Part shown: piece by piece, positions 1 to 9,344 of the stretch | Layout of the letters: every line of letters begins with the position of its first letter | Numbering within the stretch: position 1 is the first letter of the stretch | Assembly (NCBI GenBank): GCA_965248055.1 | Contig: CBDFIJ010000004.1 | Span: 928,001-992,000, forward strand | Direction of reading: 5' to 3' | Length of the DNA: 64,000 bases | From: Candidatus Multivoradales bacterium | GTDB taxonomy: Bacteria; Acidobacteriota; Thermoanaerobaculia; Multivoradales; JAHEKO01 | Made by a program: the position numbers and the translations under genes | The notes under the pieces: model-generated | The model's database searches: none | What the model was told of the DNA's origin: nothing | Seen by the model: only the letters and a program-made list of their open reading frames with translations

Positions 1-342
1 ATGTCTCTGTGTTGGGGAGCATTCGTACTCGCCGAAGCCAACCTTCTGGACGGCCTCTCTTGCACAACTTTCCCCACCGACTACGAAAATCTCGCCCAGC
101 GCTACCCGGATCTGGATGTACGGGTGAATGCGTCGTTCGTCCACGATGGACCGGCGATCACCTCACAAGGTGGTCGCAAGAGCTATGACGCGGCGCTCTA
201 CGTCGTCGAGTCGCTCTACGGACGTAAAACTGCCCAAGGAATCGCCGGCGGACTGTTGGTGCCCTGGCCGCCGCAGACTCAGCCACGACCGACCTTTGTC
301 AGCGACGGTCCCCCGGTGCCCTCAGAAGAACCAGCACCCTAG
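1..342 (+). CDS. DJ-1/PfpI (ThiJ) family protein, C-terminal part (truncated by window edge)
   Basis: SLCWGAFVLAEANLLDG nucleophile-elbow motif, CTTFP, and FVHDGPAITSQG, all typical of DJ-1/PfpI. Confidence 0.8.
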   Translation: MSLCWGAFVLAEANLLDGLSCTTFPTDYENLAQRYPDLDVRVNASFVHDGPAITSQGGRKSYDAALYVVESLYGRKTAQGIAGGLLVPWPPQTQPRPTFVSDGPPVPSEEPAP

Positions 343-391
343 GAAGAAAGTGCCAGCAAATAGTGCGCAGATCAGCCGCATTCTGGTCCCG

Positions 392-982
392 CTAGCTGCC
401 GGTGTCGGAGCGATCGTCAGACCACTCCGGCTCCAAGTCCACTCCGGTACCTTCGGCGATCCGGTTGTAATAGTTGAACAAACTGGTGACCTGCACAATG
501 TCATGCAACATCGTCGGATCGACCCCGGCCTCGGTGACCACCTCAACCCGTGAAGCGTCGATCTTGACCGGATCGAGCGTCAAATCGACCGCAAAATCGC
601 AGATCACACGATCCAATAAACTCAAGTCGGCTTGTCTGTAGTCCTCTTGCAGGGCACGGGTCCGACGATCCACTTCTTCGTCCGCGACACCCAGTTTCTT
701 GACTTCACCCCGGAAGTCATCGCCATGGGCGCGCAGTCAGTAGTAGCAATGATTTGTAGTTGAAACGACAGTGGCAATCATCTCGCGCTGAGCACGCGTG
801 AGCGAGCTTTCACCGTACATCACTTCCATATAGAGTCGCGTTGAAGCCTGCAGAACTCTCGGCCGCGAACTCTGCACTCGGTTAATTTGAAAGACCTTAC
901 CGGCCCTTCGAATAGCCGCGTCGTAGAGCCGACGCAACAACCCATCGGACTGTTCTGGGGGAAGTGTCGGAACAAATGCCAT
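392..982 (-). CDS. AhpD/carboxymuconolactone decarboxylase-like peroxidase-related selenoprotein (Sec at TGA 737-739)
   Basis: ORFs 737..994 and 392..673 are in frame and joined by 21 open codons. Read-through gives LTRAQREMIATVVSTTNHCYY-U-LRAHG, the AhpD CxxC motif as CxxU. A SECIS-like hairpin follows. Confidence 0.88.
700..719 (-). promoter_or_regulatory. Bacterial SECIS element for the AhpD-like gene
   Basis: Perfect 7-bp stem TGACTTC/GAAGTCA with loop CGGGGT; 24 nt separate the UGA from the loop. Confidence 0.75.
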
Positions 983-1095
983 CGCTGTTGGCAACTATCC
1001 TATAATCCCGGCAGGGTGCTGGATAGCACGTAAACCCATCGGGGGGGCGGCGAGGCAGTGCAATTCCCCCTCCTATCACCACGCCGGAGGCAAAA

Positions 1096-1800
1096 GTGAG
1101 TTCCACAGTTCGACTTGCAGATAGTCCCAATCTCAGCGAAATTGACCTTCTTTCTTCTTTGCCAGCCCCTATTCGGGCCGACTATGAGAACGCATGCAAG
1201 GTCGAAAAATTTCGAGCGGGTGATGAAATCATCGCCAGCCACGACGACTCTGATGAAGTGATTTTTGTTCTCACCGGCCAGGTGCGGATCGTAGACATGT
1301 CGGCAGCCGGGCGAGATATCAGCTTTGAAATCCTCGACCCGGGAAGCGTGGTTGGGGAATTGGCGGCGATCGATGGACGAGGACGTTCAGCGGCAGTCAA
1401 GGCCGAAACCGATGTTTCCGTGGCCTTGATCCCCGGCTCGCGTTTCTTGGAACTGGTGACGCACCAACCCAGCGTTTCCGAGGCCATGCTCCACCGGCTG
1501 GCCACCATGCTGCGTCGCTCAACCAAAAGAATCATGGAGTTATCCAGTTTGGGAGCACGCAATCGGGTACACGCGGAGCTGCTGCGGTTGGCAATCGTCT
1601 CAGAAGACCGGCAATCTGCGATCGTCGATCCGATGCCGGTCCACGCGGACATCGCCAGTCGGGTCAGCACCACCCGAGAGTCGGTAGCTCGTACCATGGG
1701 TGGATTGCTACGACTGAATATCGTCAGCAAAACCGACCAGGGCCTGCTGATCAACGACTACCCAGCACTGCAGCAAATGGTCCGCGACCTGCTGCCCTAG
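1096..1800 (+). CDS. Crp/Fnr family transcriptional regulator
   Basis: cNMP-binding motif GELAAIDGRGRSAAVKA and HTH HADIASRVSTTRESVARTM. Confidence 0.92.
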   Translation: MSSTVRLADSPNLSEIDLLSSLPAPIRADYENACKVEKFRAGDEIIASHDDSDEVIFVLTGQVRIVDMSAAGRDISFEILDPGSVVGELAAIDGRGRSAAVKAETDVSVALIPGSRFLELVTHQPSVSEAMLHRLATMLRRSTKRIMELSSLGARNRVHAELLRLAIVSEDRQSAIVDPMPVHADIASRVSTTRESVARTMGGLLRLNIVSKTDQGLLINDYPALQQMVRDLLP

Positions 1801-1820
1801 AGTCAGCTACTTAAGCTCTC

Positions 1821-1850
1821 AAAAAAGAAGGCGGCGGAAGGCCCGCCGCC
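1821..1850 (-). terminator. Rho-independent terminator of the metal-efflux operon
   Basis: 8-bp GC stem GGCGGCGG/CCGCCGCC followed on the minus strand by TTCTTTTTT. Confidence 0.75.
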
Positions 1851-1904
1851 CAGATAGAGGCTATGCAAAGAGTATAGATGTAATTCGAGCATTTGTCACG
1901 TACC

Positions 1905-1930
1905 TGTATGCGTCCATGACATTTGTCACT
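1905..1930. mobile_element. Orphan terminal repeat of the IS481-family element
   Basis: TGTATGCGTCCATGACATTTGTCACT matches the IS ends at 15240 and 51018 at 25 of 26 positions. Confidence 0.75.
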
Positions 1931-1987
1931 ATTCTGTAAATAACACGGACTTTTCCTGTGACCAACAGTGGCTTTACGTCTAAATCC

Positions 1988-2482
1988 CTAGAGAACGAGC
2001 GTGTCGGCGTCCATGCCACCACAGCCATTGTCATGGAAGGCTCGCGAACAACCACCGGAATAACAAGAATCACCGCTGAAGCCATCCGGGTTGATGAACT
2101 CGATCCACTCCTCGATAGCAACCTGCACCTGTTCGGCGCTCGCTCCCTGCTCGGCAATCAGGTAATGGGTCAGCCCCCACCAGCTCTTAGCCATGTTGCA
2201 AGGACAGCAACAGGTGTAGGCGGTGTTGTTGGAACAGCAGGGTGCGGGAATCGCGGTCAGGGCTTCTTCTTTGACCGCTTCTTGCTCCGCAGTCAACTCA
2301 ATGGTGTCGTAGTACTCGATGTAGAGCCGCGTTCGATTTTCCACTTCCTGACTGTGGGTCGCCTCGTCAGGATTGGCCCCTGCAGCTCCCGACAGCGTCA
2401 TCAAGGCCACGGCCAACATGGCAGCGAACCCGCGCAACGGTTGTGGTCTGATAAAATTCAATAAATTCTGTGTTCTGGTCAT
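1988..2482 (-). CDS. Exported Cys-rich hypothetical protein (candidate metal binder)
   Basis: Signal peptide ending AAGA; PCCSNNTAYTCCCPC and CYSGGC..GCGGM motifs; RBS AAGGAG; last gene of the cus-like operon. Confidence 0.75.
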   Translation of the reverse strand: MTRTQNLLNFIRPQPLRGFAAMLAVALMTLSGAAGANPDEATHSQEVENRTRLYIEYYDTIELTAEQEAVKEEALTAIPAPCCSNNTAYTCCCPCNMAKSWWGLTHYLIAEQGASAEQVQVAIEEWIEFINPDGFSGDSCYSGGCSRAFHDNGCGGMDADTLVL

Positions 2483-2536
2483 CGTAACTCCTTAGAAATT
2501 ACACGTTGGAGAATCCTTGAGCGTCGGTTGCAAATC

Positions 2537-5500
2537 CTAACCCGAGGTCTTAGACCTAGGCAGTCCTCGTGAACGCCAGATGAAATAGATCGCTGGGAAG
2601 ACTATCAACTCGGCGAGAAAAGAAGTGACAATTCCACCCACCATGGGCGCCGCGATCCGGCGCATCACGTCGGCTCCAGCTCCGGTGGCCCAGAGGATCG
2701 GGATCAAGGAAAACAACACCGTCAGCACGGTCATCATTTTCGGACGAATTCTTTGCACCGCTCCATGGTCAACCGCTTGGCGTAAATCTGCGTAGGAAGT
2801 CATCTGTCCTTGGTCGCGCCAACGTTGATAGGCCAAGTCCAAGTACAGCAACATCACCACGCCGGTCTCAGCCGCCAAACCCGCCAGGGCGATCACCCCG
2901 ACCCAGACGGCGATCGACCAGTTGTAGTCGAGTAGCCACAGCAGCCAGACCGACCCAACCAGGGAAAACGGAATCGCCGAGAGCACCATCGCGGTTTTCA
3001 CCAGCGATTTGGTGTGAAAGTAGAGAATCAGACAGATCAATGCCAGCGTCAGCGGCACGATCAGCAACAGCCGTGCCCTCGCCCGCTGCATGTACTCGTA
3101 TTGACCAGACCACAGAATGGTAGTGCCCGGCGGCAACTGCACCTGTTCGGCGACCTCCTGCTGCGCTCGCTTGACCCAGGAGCCGATGTCGATACCGCGC
3201 AAATCAACATAGACCCACGCGTTGGGCCGAGCATTCTCTGACTTGATCGCCGGGGGTCCTTCGCGAAACTCGACGCTGGCAATTTTGCCCAAAGGAATCT
3301 GGGCCCCGCTGGGCGTTGCCACCAGAATTTCACGCAGGCTGGCTGGATCCGACCGCAACTCGCGCGGGTAGCGTACGTTGATCGGATAACGCTCCAAACC
3401 CTCAACTGTGGTGGAAACACTCATGCCGCCGATCGCCGACTGCACAACCTCTTGGACATCGGCGACCGCCAGTCCGTAGCGAGCAGCGGCTTCGCGGTCG
3501 ATCTCGACGTCCAGGTAGTTGCCGCCCATCACCCGCTCAGCATAGGCCGACAGGGTTCCGGGCAGAGGTTTGACCACCGCTTCGACCTGCTCGGCGATGC
3601 GCTCCAATTGGCGTAGGTCGGGCCCGGCGATCTTGATGCCAACCGGGGTCTTGATGCCGGTCGACAGCATGTCGATGCGGGTCTTGATCGGCATGGTCCA
3701 AGAATTGGTGACTCCAGGAAACTGGATCGCCGCATCCATTTCTGCAATCAAGTCGTCCTTGCTCAGCCCGGTGCGCCACTGCGACTGATCTTTCAGAACG
3801 ATGGTGGTCTCGATCATCGACAAGGGCGCCGGGTCGGTCGCGGTATCCGCCCGCCCGACTTTGCCAAACACCGTCTCGACCTCGGGAAAGGTAACCAAGA
3901 TTTTGTCGGTCTGTTGCAGAATCTCTTTGGCCTTGGTGATCGAAATCCCAGGCAATGTGGTCGGCATGTAGAGCAAATCGCCCTCCCACAGCGGCGGCAT
4001 GAACTCCGATCCGATCCCTTGCAGCGGAACCAGGGTGACCAACAAGACAACCACCGCGGCCCCCACAACCAGCCAACGCCAGCGCAACGCCCAGCGAACC
4101 ACCGGTCGATAGAGCCAGCGCATGAATCGCGACACCGGATTCTGGTCCTCGGAGCGTATCCGCCCGCGCACGAACCAATACATCAACACCGGTACCACGG
4201 TGACCGCCAACAGCGCGGACAAACCCATGGCATAGGTCTTGGTGAACGCCAAAGGCTTAAACAGCCTTCCCTCCTGCGCCTCCAGAGTGAAGATCGGGAT
4301 GAACGAAACGGTGATCACCAACAGGGTGAAAAATAGTGTCGGTCCGACCTCTTGTGCGGAGCGCAAAATGATCTCGAAATGGCTTCGTTCGCCACGCCAC
4401 TGTTCGTAGTGCTTGTGGGCGTTCTCGACCATGATGATCGAAGCATCGACCAGCACTCCAATCGAGATTGCGATGCCCCCCAACGACATGATGTTGGCCC
4501 CCAACCCCTGGAAGTGCATCACCACAAACGCGAGCAGAATTGACACCGGGATCGAGATGATCGCCACCAGCGCGGAGCGAACATGAAACAAGAACAACAG
4601 ACAAATCAGCGCCACCACCACCGACTCTTCGATCAAGGTATGGGTCAGGGTCTCAACCGAGCGTTCAATCAGTCCAGTACGGTCGTAGGCGATCGAGATC
4701 TCCACGTCCTCCGGCAAACCTTTCTTGAGTTCTGCCAGTCGTTCGCGAACCCTCGTGATAGTGCTGCGAGTGTCGGCACCCGAGCGCACCACGACGATCC
4801 CGCCCACCGTTTCGCCCTCGCCGTTCCACTCCGCCAAACCACGCCGCACCTCGGGACCGATCGACACCGTGGCAACATCGCTGAGCAACACCGGGGTACC
4901 CCCTGGGCTACTGGCGAGCACAGCGTTTTCCAAGTCTCGAACTTCGCGGATGTAGCCGCGACCGCGCACCATGAACTCGCTCTCCGCGATTTCGATCAAC
5001 CCACCTCCGACCTCGACGTTGGAACGTTGGATCGCGCTGCGCACTTTATTGAGCGACAGGTTGTAAGCCCGCAGTCGAACCGGGTCGACCTCCACCTGAT
5101 ATTGGCGGACAAAGCCGCCCACCGACGCCACCTCGGAGACTCCGTCAACCGCCGACAAACCAAACTTCAAGTACCAGTCTTGCAAACTACGCAGCTCCGC
5201 CAGGGTCCGCTGCGGGGAGTTCAAGGTATACATGAAGGCCCAACCGACTCCGGTGGCGTCGGGCCCCAACTGAGGTGTGACTCCGGTGGGCAAATCACCC
5301 GCTAACGACGACAGGTACTCCAGCACCCGGCTACGCGCCCAATAGAGATCGGTACCGTCTTCAAAAATTACATAAACGAAAGAGAAGCCAAAAAACGAAT
5401 AGCCCCGGACCACTTTGGCGAACGGCACCGACAGCATCTTGGTGGTCAGCGGATAGGTCACCTGGTCTTCCACCACCTGCGGTGACTGACCGGGGAACTC

Positions 5501-5653
5501 AGAATAGACAATGACTTGTACGTCGGACAGGTCGGGAATCGCGTCCACGCGGGTTACAGACAGCGCCCAGATGCCGGCCAGCACCGCCAACACCACCCCA
5601 ACCGCAACCAACAAGCGATTGTGCAAGGACCAAGCAATGACCCGATTGAGCAT
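2537..5653 (-). CDS. cusA: CusA/CzcA family heavy-metal (Cu/Ag) efflux RND permease
   Basis: DAIPDLSDVQVIV, EDQVTYPL, DLYWARSRVLEYL, GSEFMPPL.EGDLLYMP and RIDMLSTGIKTPVGIK motifs. Confidence 0.95.
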   Translation of the reverse strand: MLNRVIAWSLHNRLLVAVGVVLAVLAGIWALSVTRVDAIPDLSDVQVIVYSEFPGQSPQVVEDQVTYPLTTKMLSVPFAKVVRGYSFFGFSFVYVIFEDGTDLYWARSRVLEYLSSLAGDLPTGVTPQLGPDATGVGWAFMYTLNSPQRTLAELRSLQDWYLKFGLSAVDGVSEVASVGGFVRQYQVEVDPVRLRAYNLSLNKVRSAIQRSNVEVGGGLIEIAESEFMVRGRGYIREVRDLENAVLASSPGGTPVLLSDVATVSIGPEVRRGLAEWNGEGETVGGIVVVRSGADTRSTITRVRERLAELKKGLPEDVEISIAYDRTGLIERSVETLTHTLIEESVVVALICLLFLFHVRSALVAIISIPVSILLAFVVMHFQGLGANIMSLGGIAISIGVLVDASIIMVENAHKHYEQWRGERSHFEIILRSAQEVGPTLFFTLLVITVSFIPIFTLEAQEGRLFKPLAFTKTYAMGLSALLAVTVVPVLMYWFVRGRIRSEDQNPVSRFMRWLYRPVVRWALRWRWLVVGAAVVVLLVTLVPLQGIGSEFMPPLWEGDLLYMPTTLPGISITKAKEILQQTDKILVTFPEVETVFGKVGRADTATDPAPLSMIETTIVLKDQSQWRTGLSKDDLIAEMDAAIQFPGVTNSWTMPIKTRIDMLSTGIKTPVGIKIAGPDLRQLERIAEQVEAVVKPLPGTLSAYAERVMGGNYLDVEIDREAAARYGLAVADVQEVVQSAIGGMSVSTTVEGLERYPINVRYPRELRSDPASLREILVATPSGAQIPLGKIASVEFREGPPAIKSENARPNAWVYVDLRGIDIGSWVKRAQQEVAEQVQLPPGTTILWSGQYEYMQRARARLLLIVPLTLALICLILYFHTKSLVKTAMVLSAIPFSLVGSVWLLWLLDYNWSIAVWVGVIALAGLAAETGVVMLLYLDLAYQRWRDQGQMTSYADLRQAVDHGAVQRIRPKMMTVLTVLFSLIPILWATGAGADVMRRIAAPMVGGIVTSFLAELIVFPAIYFIWRSRGLPRSKTSG

Positions 5654-7182
5654 CAGTTGCCTCCGCCATTGGTCGCGCCGTCCTTCAAATCATCCATTCC
5701 AGCGTCAGGATCTTCTGCGGATCCCTCCACAGCATCGCCATTTTCGGGTTCATCCCCAACCGACGCTCTGGGTGAGTCCATATTCGACATTTCAAGCTCA
5801 CTGTGATCCGTTGTCGAATCGTCACTTCTGCTCTCAGCGGCAGCCGCAGAATCCACTGGATCTTCCGCCGTCATCTGCCGAATGACCGCTTGGATATTCG
5901 CTTCTGAATCGATCAGAAACTGCGATGACACCACCACCTGCTCTCCTGCCTCAAGGCCCGAGGCAATCTCGGAATAGCCCCGGCCGGAGCGACCCAACAC
6001 CACTTCCCGGGCATCAAACCGCCCACCACCCAAGGCGACGATGACGACATTTCTGCGGCCGGTGCGCAGCACCGATTGCGCCGGGACCGTCACTACCGGA
6101 GCTCCCGCTGTCGGCGACAACACGACACTGGCAAACATCCCGGGCCGCAGTCGTCCGTCACGGTTGTCGATCTCGACTTTGGCCTTCAATGTCCGGGTTT
6201 GCTCCGACAGTGAGGGCTCAAGAAACCGCACCACGCCGTAGAAGCTCTCACCGGGTAAGTAGTCCAAAGTCACTTTCGCTTCGGTCCCCAGACCGACCAC
6301 CGCCAAATGCTCCTCGAATAAATCCACCGACAACCAAAGCGACGACAAATTGGCTATGTGGTATATCTCCATACCCGGCTGCACCGCCATTCCTTCGAGT
6401 CCTGGCATGCGTTTCATCACCACTCCACTGGTCGGCGAAACCACGATCAGGGTTCGAGCGATCTCCCCGTCCTGTTCCAGCTTGGCGATCTGCCGGGGGG
6501 AAATATCCCAGTACGAGAGCCGGGTCCGGGCCGCGTCGACCAAAGCATGGGCTCGGCGTTTGGCGTCCGGCGTGTTGTCCTCGAACCTGGCGGCGTAGCG
6601 GACTGCCGAGAGCAGCTCTTGCTCGGTTTGCACCAGTTCCGGCGAGTAAATCTCGAACAGTGCCTGGCCGCGCCGCACCGGCTCGCCCACGTAATTGACG
6701 TAGACCTTCTCCACCCATCCCGAGTACTTGGGCGTCACCGTCGTCATACGTTCTGGGTCAAAACCCAGCGAACCCACGGTGCGAATTTCTTCCACCAAAT
6801 TGCGCAGCTCGACAACCTCGGTGCGCACGTTGATGTTCTGCACCACTCCAGAATCGATGGTTACCGTACTGGCGCTGCTCGGCCCAGCATCAGCAGCGCT
6901 GGCATAAACCGGAACGTAGTCCATACCCATATCGTCTTGGGTGGGCACCGGCGAAGTGATGGTGGGATCCATCGGGTTGCGGTAAAACAACACGGCGTCT
7001 TCCGGCGCTGCTATTTGCTCCCCAGTCCCTATAGGCGAAGGCTTGAACCAATCGTCCAGCGGGTGGAAATCCAATGGATCCAAGGCCAGTAGATAGAATC
7101 CAGCAAAGCCGACAGTCATCCACAAGATTGCTCCCAACCACTTGGGCATGGATCGCTCTCTGTCTTGATTTTGGTCATTCAC
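5653..7182 (-). CDS. cusB: CusB-like efflux RND periplasmic adaptor
   Basis: YRNPMDP..DDMGMDYVPVY heavy-metal-binding motif, YSPELVQ, LRPGMF, QFLIDSE; GTG start overlaps the upstream stop and has an AGGAG RBS. Confidence 0.9.
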   Translation of the reverse strand: MNDQNQDRERSMPKWLGAILWMTVGFAGFYLLALDPLDFHPLDDWFKPSPIGTGEQIAAPEDAVLFYRNPMDPTITSPVPTQDDMGMDYVPVYASAADAGPSSASTVTIDSGVVQNINVRTEVVELRNLVEEIRTVGSLGFDPERMTTVTPKYSGWVEKVYVNYVGEPVRRGQALFEIYSPELVQTEQELLSAVRYAARFEDNTPDAKRRAHALVDAARTRLSYWDISPRQIAKLEQDGEIARTLIVVSPTSGVVMKRMPGLEGMAVQPGMEIYHIANLSSLWLSVDLFEEHLAVVGLGTEAKVTLDYLPGESFYGVVRFLEPSLSEQTRTLKAKVEIDNRDGRLRPGMFASVVLSPTAGAPVVTVPAQSVLRTGRRNVVIVALGGGRFDAREVVLGRSGRGYSEIASGLEAGEQVVVSSQFLIDSEANIQAVIRQMTAEDPVDSAAAAESRSDDSTTDHSELEMSNMDSPRASVGDEPENGDAVEGSAEDPDAGMDDLKDGATNGGGN

Positions 7183-8636
7183 GAGGCACACTCCTGGGCA
7201 ACATTAAAATCCGCCGCAGTCACCCTGGACAACGAAGTACCTAGGGAGCCTTCCAAGCGCGCCAGATCAATTTCATAGTCTGCGCGGGCGCGGACAATCG
7301 CACTGTGAGCTTCAAAAAGAACGTGTTCAGCGTGCAGCAAGTCGAGCACGGAAGATCGCCCCACAACGTAGCTCGCCCGCGCCGATGCCAATGATTCTTG
7401 CGATTGGACGAGGAGTAGATCCTCAGCAACCCGCAGCCGTCGCCACGCCAAGGGGATGCTAGCCAGCAACTCTTCTACCTCAGCCTGAATTGCAGCCTCG
7501 ACCACTTCCCTGTCCGTAACGGCGACCACGCGCTGCTGCTCTGTCGCCGCAATGCGGGCAGCACTTTGTCGTCGACGTACCGGAAGTTGTACTCGGCCTA
7601 GGAACGCCACAATGTCATCGCCGTTGTCTTCTGGTGGGAAGAGCTGACCAGCTCGGTCATCTCGATCTCCAACCACGGTATAGCCAAGCCCCAGAGACAG
7701 CTCTAACTGTTCGGCCTTCTCAGCCAATTCGACGGAGGCTGTTGCCGCTTCAATACTGGCATCCACCACCTGTAGTTCAGGGCGGCACAAGCGAGCAACC
7801 TGAAGCCATTGATCTGCCTGGCTGGGGTCGATCTCCAAGCTGCCTTCAATTGGACGGTCGGAAGGCTCGTCGACCCCGAGCATGCCGACTGCCAGTGGTT
7901 TACGTTCAACTCGAACGCTCCCCCTTCGCCGCCGAAGCTGATTCACTCGCGTCGATAGCGACGACTCTCGAGCCTTGAGCAAGAGCAGCTGGTTCTCAAC
8001 CTCAGATATCTCCGCATGCAGCTTGAGTACATCCTGGCCTCGGCCGACCCCGGTGGAATAGCGCGCACGGGCCAGCTCTTCGTGCTGATCCAAGTGCTCC
8101 TGTTTGTGCATCAATATCTTCTGTTGATGGTCAACAAAGAGCAGCTCGTAGTAAAGCTCCCGAGCACGAGTGATCAATTGCAACGCCGTCATTTCCCGGC
8201 GATAACGCGACCCCAAGGACTTTGCAGCAGCGACTCTTCGTTCCAAAGCACGCGTTCCGCGCCGGGGCAGCGTTTGCATCACTGAGATATTGCCGATCTG
8301 AGGTCCAGTTCTGGTTTCAGGACTGGATACAAAGAGCGACCAATCAATGATCGGATCGTCGAAAAGTGCCACGGTCAATGCCAACTTCTCGTTCAGCCTA
8401 ATCTCCGCCGTAGCAAATTCTAGGTGTGGATTGGCCGCCACAACTTCGCGCAGCAGATTCCGCAATAGCGAATCCTCGACCGCGTTGACCACCATCACCG
8501 CCCGGGACCTGGTGCCCTCCAGAGGCCCAGTGCTACCTTGAGATGGCGTGCCCTCTCGTTCGTCTCCCAGAGCAGCTATTGCCCCCAACTGGGAGATCAA
8601 GATTAATCCTGCAGCAACGACAGCAAATTTGCCCAT
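7179..8636 (-). CDS. TolC/CusC family outer-membrane efflux protein
   Basis: Two OEP repeats (ARARYSTG..DVL; ARASYVVG..SVLDLL), signal peptide, operon context. Confidence 0.88.
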   Translation of the reverse strand: MGKFAVVAAGLILISQLGAIAALGDEREGTPSQGSTGPLEGTRSRAVMVVNAVEDSLLRNLLREVVAANPHLEFATAEIRLNEKLALTVALFDDPIIDWSLFVSSPETRTGPQIGNISVMQTLPRRGTRALERRVAAAKSLGSRYRREMTALQLITRARELYYELLFVDHQQKILMHKQEHLDQHEELARARYSTGVGRGQDVLKLHAEISEVENQLLLLKARESSLSTRVNQLRRRRGSVRVERKPLAVGMLGVDEPSDRPIEGSLEIDPSQADQWLQVARLCRPELQVVDASIEAATASVELAEKAEQLELSLGLGYTVVGDRDDRAGQLFPPEDNGDDIVAFLGRVQLPVRRRQSAARIAATEQQRVVAVTDREVVEAAIQAEVEELLASIPLAWRRLRVAEDLLLVQSQESLASARASYVVGRSSVLDLLHAEHVLFEAHSAIVRARADYEIDLARLEGSLGTSLSRVTAADFNVAQECAS

Positions 8637-8700
8637 GATGCCTCCGTACCGGTTGGTTCACCCACAGAGCGTGGGTAAACGGACTCCAACCGAAGAGGAA

Positions 8701-9111
8701 TCAGAGCAGCAAACTGGAATACAGGTGGGGGTGATTGATGCTAGGAATCAGCGAAACGTCAGTGTTCGCCAACAAGCGGTTGGGGCGATTCGGCTGAGCC
8801 ATCGGCAGTTCTGCCTGCGGCGAGCTGGTGGCCACTGGGTCAGCGAGAGAGGCCACCACGATCGGACCTTCGCTCGGGTCGATGTCACAACAATCCATCG
8901 ACTGCTTGGCCATCCCGTGGCAGTCGGTGGTCGGCATCGCCTCCGCAACACCCAAACCCGAGTGGCTCATCTGCGAAACCGCGGAACTCATCGGGCAGCC
9001 CTGCATCATCGTGGTTCCCATACACAGGGGTATCGCCAAGCCTGCGATCATGATCACCATGGCAGTAACCACAACAATCCCGCTAACTGTGCCGTGTCTC
9101 AACAAACTCAT
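8701..9111 (-). CDS. Small Met/Cys/His-rich membrane or exported protein (DUF2946/CopL-like), first gene of the efflux operon
   Basis: Hydrophobic N-terminus followed by CMGTTMMQGCPM and DCHGMAKQSMDCC. Confidence 0.6.
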   Translation of the reverse strand: MSLLRHGTVSGIVVVTAMVIMIAGLAIPLCMGTTMMQGCPMSSAVSQMSHSGLGVAEAMPTTDCHGMAKQSMDCCDIDPSEGPIVVASLADPVATSSPQAELPMAQPNRPNRLLANTDVSLIPSINHPHLYSSLLL

Positions 9112-9119
9112 CAGCAATC

Positions 9120-9148
9120 AGTATTCATTCTCAAGCATTTCAGGTCAA
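9120..9148 (-). promoter_or_regulatory. Putative sigma70 promoter of the efflux operon
   Basis: TTGACC-N17-AATACT on the minus strand, 8 nt before ATG 9111. Confidence 0.45.
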
Positions 9149-9344
9149 GAGCAACCGTCTTCGCTGGGAGATACGAAGTTCAGCCACCGCTAGCCCTACC
9201 GAGCGCTCCCGTCGAATACCATTGCACCCATGCCAGCGATGCTGAAGAATCACTTCTTCGCCGCAACTTCAATCCCTTGGCCTTCGCAATGCTCCAACCA
9301 AGATCCCTACCAACCCGAATTGAACACAACGGAGTCCTTGGCAA

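Noticed and set aside
392-994. Two short ORFs read as a nonsense-disrupted pseudogene
   Set aside because: The TGA sits exactly at the catalytic Cys position and is followed by a SECIS-like hairpin, so a selenoprotein is the better explanation.
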